Shown: positions 52,343 through 61,544, numbered from the stretch's first letter. The stretch is 64,000 bases of DNA from an uncultured Lentisphaerales bacterium (GCA_943788985.1 CALSSJ010000022.1:11020-75019), one strand, 5' to 3'. Numbers and translations are program-made. Notes: a model not told the origin generated them from the letters alone.

Positions 52343-52367
52343 CAGCGTAGGTGAAGGTCGGTACAGT
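52339..52367 (+). promoter_or_regulatory. Sigma70-like promoter
   Basis: TTGACA-N17-TACAGT, about 50 nt upstream of an AGGAG RBS/ATG at 52417. Confidence 0.6.
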
Positions 52368-52416
52368 ACTCATTCAAACTAATATAGAGCCATGATTCCA
52401 CCAGGAGAGTAGCCGG

Positions 52417-53610
52417 ATGGCCTTATTCAATCGCCTGCTAAGCGTATTTATTCTTATCGCCGCCGTTGTCGCGGTCGTATACAGCTACAAGCTAGACCAA
52501 AAGCGCGACGCTTTGGTTCAGCACAGCGAAGACCTGGCTGCAGCCCTTCGGGCTACGGCTGAGGAGCTGTCCGTAGGCAGTGGAACTACCGAGCAAACCG
52601 AATTGAGCGAGGCCAAGATTGGTTGGCGTGCGTACAGTGAAGGATTCAATGTTGGCACCGGTGACAATCCGACCTTCAAGACTACCGTTGGTAAGGCCGC
52701 AGACCAGGCCAAGAGGATTCGCGATCAGCGCGATGCACTGGGAGTAGCTTTGAAGGAAGTCGGCCAGATCTTCGACAAGGAAGTCGACCTAGCGCAGCTC
52801 ACGAATATTGCTGAGTTCGAGGCAGCAGCCGCTGAGATTCGCAATGAAGTGGAGGCGAGCCGTCGTCGTGAGAATGACATAGCTGGCCAGTTTGAGAAGC
52901 TCGCGTTGGACGTGGGCTTTGATCAACTCGACAAGGACGCACTGATGAGCCAGCAGCGCTACCAGGAAGCCGTCGGCGATTTCTCCGACCACGTGCGGAC
53001 GACCAATCAACGTGCAGATGGCTATGTCAGCGCCATCAAGGATATCACCACTAAAATCGACCAGTTCGACTTCCAAATGAACATCGATATGCTGGATAAT
53101 CCAGAGCAATACGAGCACGAGCTCACCGCATTGCGCGAGGACTACGCCAGTCTTAACGAGCAGCTTCAGGAGTTCGATCGTACGCAGACTGAGCTGGCAG
53201 AGAAAGAGCGCGAATTCAATGACCTGACTATCCGCAACAGCGAGTTATCCGACAACGTCGCCCAGCTAGAAACCCAAGTCTCTACCCTGACAGCAGTTAA
53301 CGGCGTGCTTGAGCAAAGGCTGCAAGAGTGTACGCAGGGCCCAGATCGCGACGAAAAAGAGAATCCCCTTGATGGTACGATGATTCTTGGCGGAAAAGTG
53401 ACGAGTGTGAATTACGAGTGGAACTACGTGATTATCGATATCGGTGCTCGTGATCTTCTGACCCCTTCCGTGGAATTCAAGGTGGCCCGTGGTACGGAGT
53501 TTATTTGCAATGTGAAGGTGAGCCGCGTCTACGAGGACTACGCGGTTGCCGAAGTTCTACCCGAGTTGATCAACGGAAAGATTCTGGAGGGTGATCGTGT
53601 TATCCTCTAG
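52417..53610 (+). CDS. Membrane-anchored coiled-coil protein with C-terminal beta domain
   Basis: N-terminal TM helix, long heptad region, GKVTSVNYEWNYVIIDIG...KVSRVYEDYAVAEV. Confidence 0.75.
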   Translation: MALFNRLLSVFILIAAVVAVVYSYKLDQKRDALVQHSEDLAAALRATAEELSVGSGTTEQTELSEAKIGWRAYSEGFNVGTGDNPTFKTTVGKAADQAKRIRDQRDALGVALKEVGQIFDKEVDLAQLTNIAEFEAAAAEIRNEVEASRRRENDIAGQFEKLALDVGFDQLDKDALMSQQRYQEAVGDFSDHVRTTNQRADGYVSAIKDITTKIDQFDFQMNIDMLDNPEQYEHELTALREDYASLNEQLQEFDRTQTELAEKEREFNDLTIRNSELSDNVAQLETQVSTLTAVNGVLEQRLQECTQGPDRDEKENPLDGTMILGGKVTSVNYEWNYVIIDIGARDLLTPSVEFKVARGTEFICNVKVSRVYEDYAVAEVLPELINGKILEGDRVIL

Positions 53611-53721
53611 CATCACCCTCGCGCTGAACGCGCTCTGCCTCATCGCACTGGGCGCGCTGTTGTACTTCCAATTTCGGGAAGGCGCCGTGATCGAAGTTTC
53701 GCCCATGGATATTCTCGGCAA

Positions 53722-53874
53722 GTGAAACGTCTCGCCCTGTTATTTATTTTCGCCCTAGTAGCAGTCGGTTGCAGCTTCGTAGACCATGAACGCGTGCATA
53801 GCGATTCCGATGATAACCTCCCGTGGAACTCGCGTGCGGGATGGGAAGGAAGCGGCATAGGCGTCCCCTACTAA
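53722..53874 (+). CDS. Small lipoprotein (50 aa, missed by the ORF track)
   Basis: Hand translation from GTG: MKRLALLFIFALVAVGCSFVDHERVHSDSDDNLPWNSRAGWEGSGIGVPY. Basic N-terminus, hydrophobic core and AVG-C lipobox. Confidence 0.75.
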   Translation: MKRLALLFIFALVAVGCSFVDHERVHSDSDDNLPWNSRAGWEGSGIGVPY

Positions 53875-54034
53875 CGCCCTTGTCGGGCCAGTTGGGCCCT
53901 TGACGTGTTCCCGTTTTAGGCCGATCACTGCGTGGTTCTCGACCCGTGAATTTCATGATTGCGGCATATGCGCCGACCGGTATCTTACCCGCTTCGCATT
54001 TTCATTCCCAAGTTGTCTCAGGAATATCCATAGA

Positions 54035-56683
54035 ATGATTATTAATCACCTGAACAGGTTTCTGGCCAAACACGGCAAGGTTACGTTCACGTTTATTGGC
54101 GTTGTGATGATCGTCCCCTTTGTTTTCGCTTTCGGGCCCGGTGGGTTCGGTAGCGGAGGGCAACGTCAGCGTGGAGCCGTGATCGGGGAGATCGACGGGG
54201 CCAAGGTACTTGACGTCGATTTCACCGAGCAGCGTACGGCGTACATCATGCGGGCTCGTATCGATGGGGCCGCGCCAGTGGACACTGTTGAGGCTGGCGC
54301 AATCAGTCGCCTACAGGCTCAAAAAATCATCAATAGGCAAAAGCTGGACCATATCCCGACCGACGAACTGCTGCAGCATGTTCACAACATGAGTCTGTTC
54401 CAGAAGCGTGAGGAAGGTCAGGCCACTGGTGCGTTTGACCAGGCCCAGTACGAAACGATCATGAAGTCCCTGCAAAAGCAAGGGATCAATCGTGGTGCCT
54501 TCCAGGAGTTGATGGAAGCCAATCTGGCGATTGCACGCTTGGAGCGTGGTGCGGCCGAGGCGGGAGTGATTTCCGACGCAGAAGCTCGTTTGCGCTTTCT
54601 GAATACCTTCACCAAGACAAAAGCGCACACCTTGACGCTCCGGGCAGCTGACTTCAGCGAAGATCTGGAGATCACCGATGAAGCGGCCGAGGCGTACTTT
54701 ACGGACAACGCGGATCAGTACATGGTCCCTGAGCAATTTCAGCTGAAAGTGATCCGCTTCTCGACCGATGTTGCTGACGTTAGTGATGACGAGATTGAGG
54801 CCCATTTCGCGGCGAATGAAGCAGATCGTGAGCACCTCGAACTGCGTCATCTGGCGGTTGGTAAGCTCGGTATTGAGTCTGCACCGGAAGGCGGGGAGCC
54901 TGAGACCGTGCGGAAGCAGCGCGCGATGCGAAACAGCCAGAACCAGACCCAGAACGATATCAACAAAAAGAAGCTTGAAGCTGCCCTGAAGGAGCTCGAA
55001 GCTGGCAAGACCTTCGAAGAAGTGGCTGGGGAGCTGAATGCTGACTACACGAAAAACAACGGTGGTTCGCTTGGCTGGGTCGATGTCGACGGTGACGGCG
55101 GCCTGCAAGAGCGGTTTGGCGTAGCTGCGGCGACTGCCGTTCTAGCCTTGGGCGAAATTGGCGCCCGCACAAATATCGTTGCTGGCGAGAGCTACTTCCA
55201 AGCCTTTGAACTAGTGAGCCCAAAAAAGAAGAAGGAACTGGACGACACTCTGAAGTCCCGGATTCGGGGCAAGCTGCTGAATGAGAAGCAGGAAGCCCAG
55301 GCCCGGGAACTCTATGGCGACGGCAGCAACTACCCGCAGGTTCGCCTCGCGCACATCCAACTCAACGTAGTAGATCCTGCCCAGGAGGCCAGTGTTCGCC
55401 AGCGTCTAGTCACGATGCGCGAAGATATTGTCAAGTTTGAGACACTGAACGCAGAGCTGCGCGCTCTGACGCCGCCGGTTGCTGATGCTAGCGAAGAAGA
55501 CAAAGCGGCGCACACTGCAGAGCGGGAGCGCATTGAGAGCCAGCGGAAGAACCACAAGAGCTTCTTTCAGTACGCCACGACCAGCGACGACGAAGCATCA
55601 AAGGCACGTGGCGGGCGCTTGCCCGGTGACTGGCAGAGCAAGTATGACAATCTTCCCCCTGGCGTCGCAACCGTCGGGCTGAGCATGAAGCGTGGCCAAC
55701 TCAGTGACGTTGTGCCCGGGCAGGGCGCCTTTCACCTTGTCATGTGCCTGGACGACCGCACGGCTCCGTTCGACGAGATGAAGTGGCGCATCGTCGGTGA
55801 CCTGCGCAAAGACAGCAAGAAAGCACAGGAACTCGCTGCCTACGATTTCTATGGTTTTCTCCAAGACAAGTTCGAGGGCAATGCGGCATCATTCGAGAAA
55901 ATTGCTGACGACTATAAGCCTGCGAAACTCAGCGTCAGCACCAGTGGCTACTTCGGCGATGGCGACAGCGAGATTCCGAATGTGGCAGGTCGCCCGTTCA
56001 TGCTGATCACCGAGGCACAGAAGCTGACCGCTACTGCCCCGCTGACTGGAATTGTGGACAACTACGACGCCTATTACATCGCCTGCTTTCTGGATAAGAA
56101 AGCCAGCACCGCCTCAAGCTTCTGGAAGACAGATGACAACGGTGAAAAGGTTCGCTCTCGTTTTGGCGACAAGGCCCATTCAGACCTCAAGAATGAGGAA
56201 GGCAGCAAGAAGGCCAAGGAGCGCGCGCAGGAGATTCAAGAGCAGGTCACCGAAGCTTTGACCCGCATGGAGTTTCAGGATGCACTGGCTGAGCTTGAAT
56301 TCCAGGATCGCGGCGAGTTCTTAGCTGTAATTGGCCCAACGACTGAATACCAAGGCCAGCCGCGCCCAGCATTCGATGCAGAGCCGGTGAAGACGTTGGC
56401 GGCCAAGCTGAAGGAAGGCGAGGTCGGGTTCGAGGAGACAGCATCCGGCGTATTGGTCGCCTTTATCGAGTCGCACACACTTCCAAATTTGTTTGAGCCA
56501 GTGGATTATGCTGGCGAGCAGATTGAGTTTGAAAGCTACAAGAAGTCACTGCAGACAAACTGGAAGGTCAATGGACTCAGCATGTTCTATGAGCTTCTGA
56601 ATGCGAAGTACCCGCTGGATGTAAGCAGCGATTGGGAGGATGTGTTCGAACCTTCCGAACCAGAAGTTCCCCCTTCCGAATAA
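54035..56683 (+). CDS. PpiD/SurA-like periplasmic foldase with parvulin domains
   Basis: N-terminal TM helix, SurA_N-like region, LRHL...FEEVA...GGSLGWV and VRLAHIQ...SDD..SKARGG..GQLSDVV...FHLV. Confidence 0.8.
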   Translation: MIINHLNRFLAKHGKVTFTFIGVVMIVPFVFAFGPGGFGSGGQRQRGAVIGEIDGAKVLDVDFTEQRTAYIMRARIDGAAPVDTVEAGAISRLQAQKIINRQKLDHIPTDELLQHVHNMSLFQKREEGQATGAFDQAQYETIMKSLQKQGINRGAFQELMEANLAIARLERGAAEAGVISDAEARLRFLNTFTKTKAHTLTLRAADFSEDLEITDEAAEAYFTDNADQYMVPEQFQLKVIRFSTDVADVSDDEIEAHFAANEADREHLELRHLAVGKLGIESAPEGGEPETVRKQRAMRNSQNQTQNDINKKKLEAALKELEAGKTFEEVAGELNADYTKNNGGSLGWVDVDGDGGLQERFGVAAATAVLALGEIGARTNIVAGESYFQAFELVSPKKKKELDDTLKSRIRGKLLNEKQEAQARELYGDGSNYPQVRLAHIQLNVVDPAQEASVRQRLVTMREDIVKFETLNAELRALTPPVADASEEDKAAHTAERERIESQRKNHKSFFQYATTSDDEASKARGGRLPGDWQSKYDNLPPGVATVGLSMKRGQLSDVVPGQGAFHLVMCLDDRTAPFDEMKWRIVGDLRKDSKKAQELAAYDFYGFLQDKFEGNAASFEKIADDYKPAKLSVSTSGYFGDGDSEIPNVAGRPFMLITEAQKLTATAPLTGIVDNYDAYYIACFLDKKASTASSFWKTDDNGEKVRSRFGDKAHSDLKNEEGSKKAKERAQEIQEQVTEALTRMEFQDALAELEFQDRGEFLAVIGPTTEYQGQPRPAFDAEPVKTLAAKLKEGEVGFEETASGVLVAFIESHTLPNLFEPVDYAGEQIEFESYKKSLQTNWKVNGLSMFYELLNAKYPLDVSSDWEDVFEPSEPEVPPSE

Positions 56684-56689
56684 GACGCC

Positions 56690-57994
56690 TCAACGGCCGC
56701 TGCAGGATTGGCAAGGCCGCACCGGCTGCTTGATGATGAAGAGGTTCTTTGCGGACTCCGCAAAGTTGGCATCCTGATCCACGGCGAAGGCGAAGGTTGT
56801 GGCGATGCTGCGCGTGAGCGGCGGCTCGGCCAGTTTCATGAACTGTTGCCGGTCGAGCTGCGCAGGGAGCTTGATCCAAGCTGAATCTCTAACGCCGCGG
56901 TAGAGCCCACTGGTGACCGTGCCGTCACCGCCGCGCATGAGACTGAGGTCGCCGCCGGAATTCATCCCGAATTGCAGGTCCCCCCAGAGGGAGGAAGCCG
57001 GCAGGTTCCCGTGGTCCGCTGCAAATACCCGCCGTGGATGCCCGGTTCTCGCTACCTGCTGCAGTGCGCGAAGTTCGTGCTCGGTGTACGAGAGGCGGTC
57101 GGCAAGAAGCCACCCTTGCACCAGCAGGCCGTAGCGCTGGCCCAGGTCCTCCAAAAGCTCCGTCGCGAATTCTGCACGCCGTGGCGCAACTGACGCACAC
57201 CACTGAGCATCAGCCGCTGGCATGATGTCAAGGTAGACGATGAGCTGAACTGCCTGGTCACGCAGGGCCAGGCCAAGCTCTAGGATGAAGTCCTGCTCGG
57301 AGGTTCTTCCCGGCAGTATGCCATCAATGGCTGTGCTCGGGCCGGGAAAGTACCACTCGCGGCTGCCGACGGGCCAGACTACCCAGCCAGCCCCGCTCGC
57401 ACCAGCCTGGCTTGCAAACTCCGCAACATCGAAATGCTCGAGCGACAGGTGGGCAACAGCAAATTGGGGGGAAATGCCATAGCGAAGCTCTTTTAGCCAC
57501 CCGCTCCGCTGCCGGGCGTCTGCGCCAGCGAGCCGTACAGGCTCCGAGCGTCCGTGTTGGATTAGCTCCAGCCCCAGAATTTTGGTTTCTGATTCGGGTA
57601 GGGCCTGTTCAAGCCGCAGCCGCCATGGCGCCGGTCCCTTCTTGAGGTGGCCAAGTACAACTGTCTGCCAGCCGCTGTCGGCAGTCTGGTAGCTGCGGGA
57701 GATGCCCTGGCTCTCTGCGATTTGGATCTTGACTCCGGCGGGCAGTTGGACGATGGCCACCGCGTGGTAGGTTCCCGGCTCGGGATTGAACTCAAGCCAC
57801 TGTCTTGGGTCGGTCCAGCCACTGACCCAGCGTTTGTTTTCAGACGGCGAGTGCACGGCGGTCAGGCCATCGCCGCCGCAATCCGCGGCGTCGGCATATA
57901 GGATGACGCGGTCCTGAGCGGCGGCCGCACTGGCCAGAATGAGGAGAAGGGCAGCTGTGTGGCTGGAAATCATAGGCTTTGTCAGCTGAATCAT
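56690..57994 (-). CDS. Secreted CBM-like plus GH29 (alpha-L-fucosidase)-like TIM-barrel protein, divergent
   Basis: Signal peptide, GWTDPRQWLEF beta-sandwich, FDVAEFA...GAGWVVW...YFPGP, LGQRYG. Confidence 0.5.
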   Translation of the reverse strand: MIQLTKPMISSHTAALLLILASAAAAQDRVILYADAADCGGDGLTAVHSPSENKRWVSGWTDPRQWLEFNPEPGTYHAVAIVQLPAGVKIQIAESQGISRSYQTADSGWQTVVLGHLKKGPAPWRLRLEQALPESETKILGLELIQHGRSEPVRLAGADARQRSGWLKELRYGISPQFAVAHLSLEHFDVAEFASQAGASGAGWVVWPVGSREWYFPGPSTAIDGILPGRTSEQDFILELGLALRDQAVQLIVYLDIMPAADAQWCASVAPRRAEFATELLEDLGQRYGLLVQGWLLADRLSYTEHELRALQQVARTGHPRRVFAADHGNLPASSLWGDLQFGMNSGGDLSLMRGGDGTVTSGLYRGVRDSAWIKLPAQLDRQQFMKLAEPPLTRSIATTFAFAVDQDANFAESAKNLFIIKQPVRPCQSCSGR

Positions 57995-58097
57995 GACGAT
58001 ATCTGAGCTAGTTTGCTTGAAGTGAACGTGGTGAGCAGTAAGCTACAGCCTTGATACACAATTGATGCACTAATCTGTTTGTTTCCCGAGGTCCTCC

Positions 58098-58580
58098 ATG
58101 GCTATGCTCCGCATGAAACTCAATAACGCGCTCTTTCCGGTCTCCGGAACCAGGACGGTTATTGGGCGCTCGATGGAGGCTGACGTGGTTGTGGATATCG
58201 TTCAGGATATCAGCCGGCAGCATTGCGCAATCTGCTTGAATGACGACGGCTCGTACTTGCTTGAGGATTTTGGTTCGCACAACGGCACCTTCATCAACGA
58301 CACTCAGATTTCGGGCGAGATCGATCTAAACAATGGAGATGTGCTCCGAGTTGGCAAGTACATTGAGTTCGTGTTTATGGCTTCTGTACCAAAGGCTGCG
58401 CCGCGGCGCGTCACGCCTACGGATTCTGATATTGCTGATTATCTGCGGAGCCGTGGGCCATCGCGTGGCCGCACACCGTCGATCGCCACGATTGATGCAT
58501 CGGACGATTCGCCGACAGCCCAGCAGGCAATGTCAGAATTTGCGTCCGCGGCACGAAAGTCGATGCGCAGGGACGGGTAG
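58098..58580 (+). CDS. FHA domain protein
   Basis: IGRS, ISRQH, DFGSHNGTFIN, GDVLRVG. Confidence 0.92.
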   Translation: MAMLRMKLNNALFPVSGTRTVIGRSMEADVVVDIVQDISRQHCAICLNDDGSYLLEDFGSHNGTFINDTQISGEIDLNNGDVLRVGKYIEFVFMASVPKAAPRRVTPTDSDIADYLRSRGPSRGRTPSIATIDASDDSPTAQQAMSEFASAARKSMRRDG

Positions 58581-58588
58581 GCCGCCGC

Positions 58589-59770
58589 TTACAGACCGTA
58601 GTAGTCGACGGCTCGTCCGGCCGCAAATGTGGTTTCCACGGCAGGCAACTGCACGAACCCGTCCGCAGCGCCAAATCCTGCCCAATCCCCACTGTTGCTG
58701 AGCCGCACTTGGACCGCGCCTTGCGGGCTAAGTCTAACGGGTAGAAAGCAGGTCAGGGCCGATACGAACTCCGCAGCCTCTGCCAAAGCGACTGGAAGCT
58801 GCCGTGGCTGTCGCTGAAACGCGGAATCCAGGAGCGGAATACCATAGCGGCGAAAGGCAGTGACAGCCGAGACTGGATTGCCGGGAAGGCCCAGGACTGC
58901 GGCGGAATTCTGGCTGTGCCAGCCTGCCCACATGGGCTTGCCAGGGCGTTGGAGGACGCCGTGAAACAGGCGCTCGACGCTAAGCTCGGCCAAAACCTCG
59001 GGCACGTAGTCGTACTTCCCCTTGGAAACACCACCGGAAAGCACCACCAAATCGGCTGTCTGCAAGGCGGTTTCAATGCATTGGCGCATGATGGTCTGGT
59101 CATCGGGGACGACCTCGACGGACACGTTCGGAAAGCCATGGCTCCAAGCCAGCGCTTGAATGGCGCTGCCATTTGACTGCCGCAATTGATGTAGGGCGGG
59201 GGTTGCCTCAAGGGCAACCAGTTCGTTGCCACTGGCTAGCACGGCAATGCGCGGTGCTGCGACGGAGACTTGGGTGACACCGGTAGAGGCGAGGACCGCG
59301 AATTGCGAACTCCGCAACTGTTGGCCGGGACTAAGGAGGCGGTCCCCAGCGCTGTAGTCGGCTCCTCCGGGGTGGATGCAGTCTCCCACAGCGCATGGCT
59401 CGGTTATCTGTACGGTGTCCCCTGCGCGGGAGATATTCTCGACCGGGACGACGCAATCGGCGCCACTCGGAAGTATGGCACCAGTCATGATCTCAAGGCA
59501 GACGTTTCCTTTCGGAAGGGCCGGGGGTACCTCGCCAGCGCCCACTGCTCCGACGATGGTCAATGCGTGTTCCGCGAACTCCGCGCGGAGCGCGATCCCA
59601 TCCATGCGCACGACCGATGCTGCGGGGAGCGCTCGATCCGCTGCGATCGGCTCGGCAAGAATTCGGCCGACAGCTTGCGCTGCGGCTACTTGTGCGACTC
59701 GCGCATTCATTGTGATCTGACCGAGAAGTCGGTCGGCTTCTGCTACCGATATCATCTGCGCATTCTCCAA
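58589..59770 (-). CDS. moeA: Molybdopterin molybdotransferase MoeA
   Basis: MDGIA, IMTGA..P.GAD.VV, SGNEL, SGGVSKG, RPGKP, LPGNPVS. Confidence 0.95.
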   Translation of the reverse strand: MENAQMISVAEADRLLGQITMNARVAQVAAAQAVGRILAEPIAADRALPAASVVRMDGIALRAEFAEHALTIVGAVGAGEVPPALPKGNVCLEIMTGAILPSGADCVVPVENISRAGDTVQITEPCAVGDCIHPGGADYSAGDRLLSPGQQLRSSQFAVLASTGVTQVSVAAPRIAVLASGNELVALEATPALHQLRQSNGSAIQALAWSHGFPNVSVEVVPDDQTIMRQCIETALQTADLVVLSGGVSKGKYDYVPEVLAELSVERLFHGVLQRPGKPMWAGWHSQNSAAVLGLPGNPVSAVTAFRRYGIPLLDSAFQRQPRQLPVALAEAAEFVSALTCFLPVRLSPQGAVQVRLSNSGDWAGFGAADGFVQLPAVETTFAAGRAVDYYGL

Positions 59771-59883
59771 GTTCGTCTCAACCCACGATAATAGGCCTGT
59801 TTCCGCAAGCCTTCAAGGGCTGTTGCACATCGTCGTTGGCCGTGCAGGTTACAGGCTCGACCAACCCGAGTTGAATTGGATGA

Positions 59884-61047
59884 TTGCCCGTGATTACGAC
59901 GGCTGAAGCCTTGGATGAGTTTGTCACACGCGCGCTTGAATGCGACGCGGTAGGCGTGGATACGGAGTTCTTCTGGGAGCGAACATTTGCGCCCATACTT
60001 GGCCTGATTCAGGTTTCGCTGGGCCCTGATGATTGCTACTTGATCGATCCGCTTGCGCTTAAGGATCTGACCCGTTTCGGAGACCTTTTGGCCGATAAAG
60101 GGACGGTGAAGATTCTGCACGATGCGCAGCAGGATCTGGCGATTCTGCAGCGATCGTGCGGGCAGGAGCCGCGCAATATTTTCGATACGCGGCTGGCGGC
60201 CGGCTTTGCGGGGCTGGCATCGACGCTTTCGTTGACCAATTTGTTGAATGAACTTCTGGGCGTGGACCTAGAGAAGGGCGAGCAGCGCTCGAACTGGCTG
60301 GCGCGGCCGTTGCGAGACAGCCAGTGCGTGTATGCGTCTGCCGACGTTGCCCACCTGCACCAGGCGCGCGAGATTCTGCTTGAGCGGATTGGAGACAACG
60401 CTGCGTGGCTTAACGAGGAACTGGCGACACTGGATACGCCAGGTTTGTATGCTGTGGAAACGCCAGAGGCGTATTTTAAGCGCATGCGTAAAGGGCGGTC
60501 AATTCCTGCGCGTGCTCGTGCGATTCTGCGCGAGTGTGTGCTTTGGCGCGAGACAGAGGCGGCGCATCGGGACCGGCCGCGCTCCCACGTGCTCAGCGAC
60601 GATATTCTGGTGGCGATCGCTCGCGCGGAGCCGAAGGAGTCGGCAGACCTGCGGGTTGTGAAGGGATTTTCCGAACGCGCAGTGCAACGCTACGGCAGAC
60701 ATTTGTTGGGATTGGTCGAGAGCGCAGTGGCAACTGATCCAGCCACGTGGCCGGTGCCAGACCCGCAGGCCAAGGATTATGACTTGTTGCAGGAACGGAC
60801 CAAGCTGGCGCTGGCGGCGATCAAGCCTCGTGCCGAGGAGGTGCGCGTAGACTCGGCTCTAATGGGCGCGCGCGCGGCGATCCAAAAGGTGATCCTGATG
60901 GGAGAGTCTGCGGATCCCGCAGATCATCGGATTCTGGCAGGCTGGCGCGCTGAATTCTTGACGCCAGCCATTCGCGAGTTGCTGGTGGGACAGCCAGCGA
61001 TGGCGTTGGCCGGGGCGGGGCGGAGACGCTCGCGCATGCGAAAATGA
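59884..61047 (+). CDS. rnd: Ribonuclease D
   Basis: DTEF, LIQV, FDTRLAA, SNWLARPL, YASADV, HRDC domain. Confidence 0.93.
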   Translation: MPVITTAEALDEFVTRALECDAVGVDTEFFWERTFAPILGLIQVSLGPDDCYLIDPLALKDLTRFGDLLADKGTVKILHDAQQDLAILQRSCGQEPRNIFDTRLAAGFAGLASTLSLTNLLNELLGVDLEKGEQRSNWLARPLRDSQCVYASADVAHLHQAREILLERIGDNAAWLNEELATLDTPGLYAVETPEAYFKRMRKGRSIPARARAILRECVLWRETEAAHRDRPRSHVLSDDILVAIARAEPKESADLRVVKGFSERAVQRYGRHLLGLVESAVATDPATWPVPDPQAKDYDLLQERTKLALAAIKPRAEEVRVDSALMGARAAIQKVILMGESADPADHRILAGWRAEFLTPAIRELLVGQPAMALAGAGRRRSRMRK

Positions 61048-61544
61048 GCACACGCTGTACGCTCGGATTAGCGGTCGTCCTAGCGGCGACGCTGTCAGGC
61101 TGCGCGCTCGAATGGGAGGCGGTGCAGGGGGAGATTAGGGAGCAGTTTCCGGACGTCCGGCAACTGACCATCGAGGAGCTGCGAGCGTTGCAGGCCGAAG
61201 ACGGGCGTGAGATCATGCTGCTGGACGTGCGCGCCATCGAGGAGTATGCGATCAGCCATCTTCCGGGTGCGCTGCATACACCGACTGAGGAGTCCGCACT
61301 TTGCGAACTCCGCAAATCCTCATCGGCAACCCTTGCGGTGCTGTACTGCTCGGTTGGTTGGCGCTCGTCGCAGATGGCATCGTCCCTGGAGGCGTCCTGC
61401 GAGCTTGCCAATCTTGAGGGGTCAATTTTCGCCTGGGCCAACGCGGGCTATCCGCTGGTTGGAGAGGATGGCCCGGCCCGGGCTGTACACCCGTATAATG
61501 AACGCTGGGGGGCTCTATTGAAGCGAGAGCTTCGCGCAGACTGA
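61044..61544 (+). CDS. Rhodanese-like lipoprotein
   Basis: LSGC lipobox, LLDVR..EY..SHLPGA, YCSVGWRS, NLEGSIFAW. Confidence 0.9.
   Translation: MSTRCTLGLAVVLAATLSGCALEWEAVQGEIREQFPDVRQLTIEELRALQAEDGREIMLLDVRAIEEYAISHLPGALHTPTEESALCELRKSSSATLAVLYCSVGWRSSQMASSLEASCELANLEGSIFAWANAGYPLVGEDGPARAVHPYNERWGALLKRELRAD

Larger units (their letters stand above)
3028..61314. repeat. Dispersed intragenic 13-bp palindrome TGCGRASTYCGCA (often extended to TTGCG-N5-CGCAA)
   Basis: Exact 13-mers start at 3028, 4387, 4513, 5401, 17423, 18758, 20745, 31698, 32185, 32611, 33549, 38203, 41590, 41938, 50569, 56750, 59304 and 61302. Centre-A/T variants are at 14163 and 42170. About 17 one-mismatch copies were also seen. 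Confidence 0.95.

Noticed and set aside
6078-60621. HIP1 octamer GCGATCGC
   Set aside because: Only about five copies were noticed, near what an 8-mer gives in GC-rich DNA and far below cyanobacterial densities.
3028-61314. Interpreting the 13-bp palindrome as REP/BIME elements, terminators or a protein motif
   Set aside because: None is intergenic, flanks beyond about 15-17 bp are unrelated, the stem is too short for a terminator, and three different reading frames are used.
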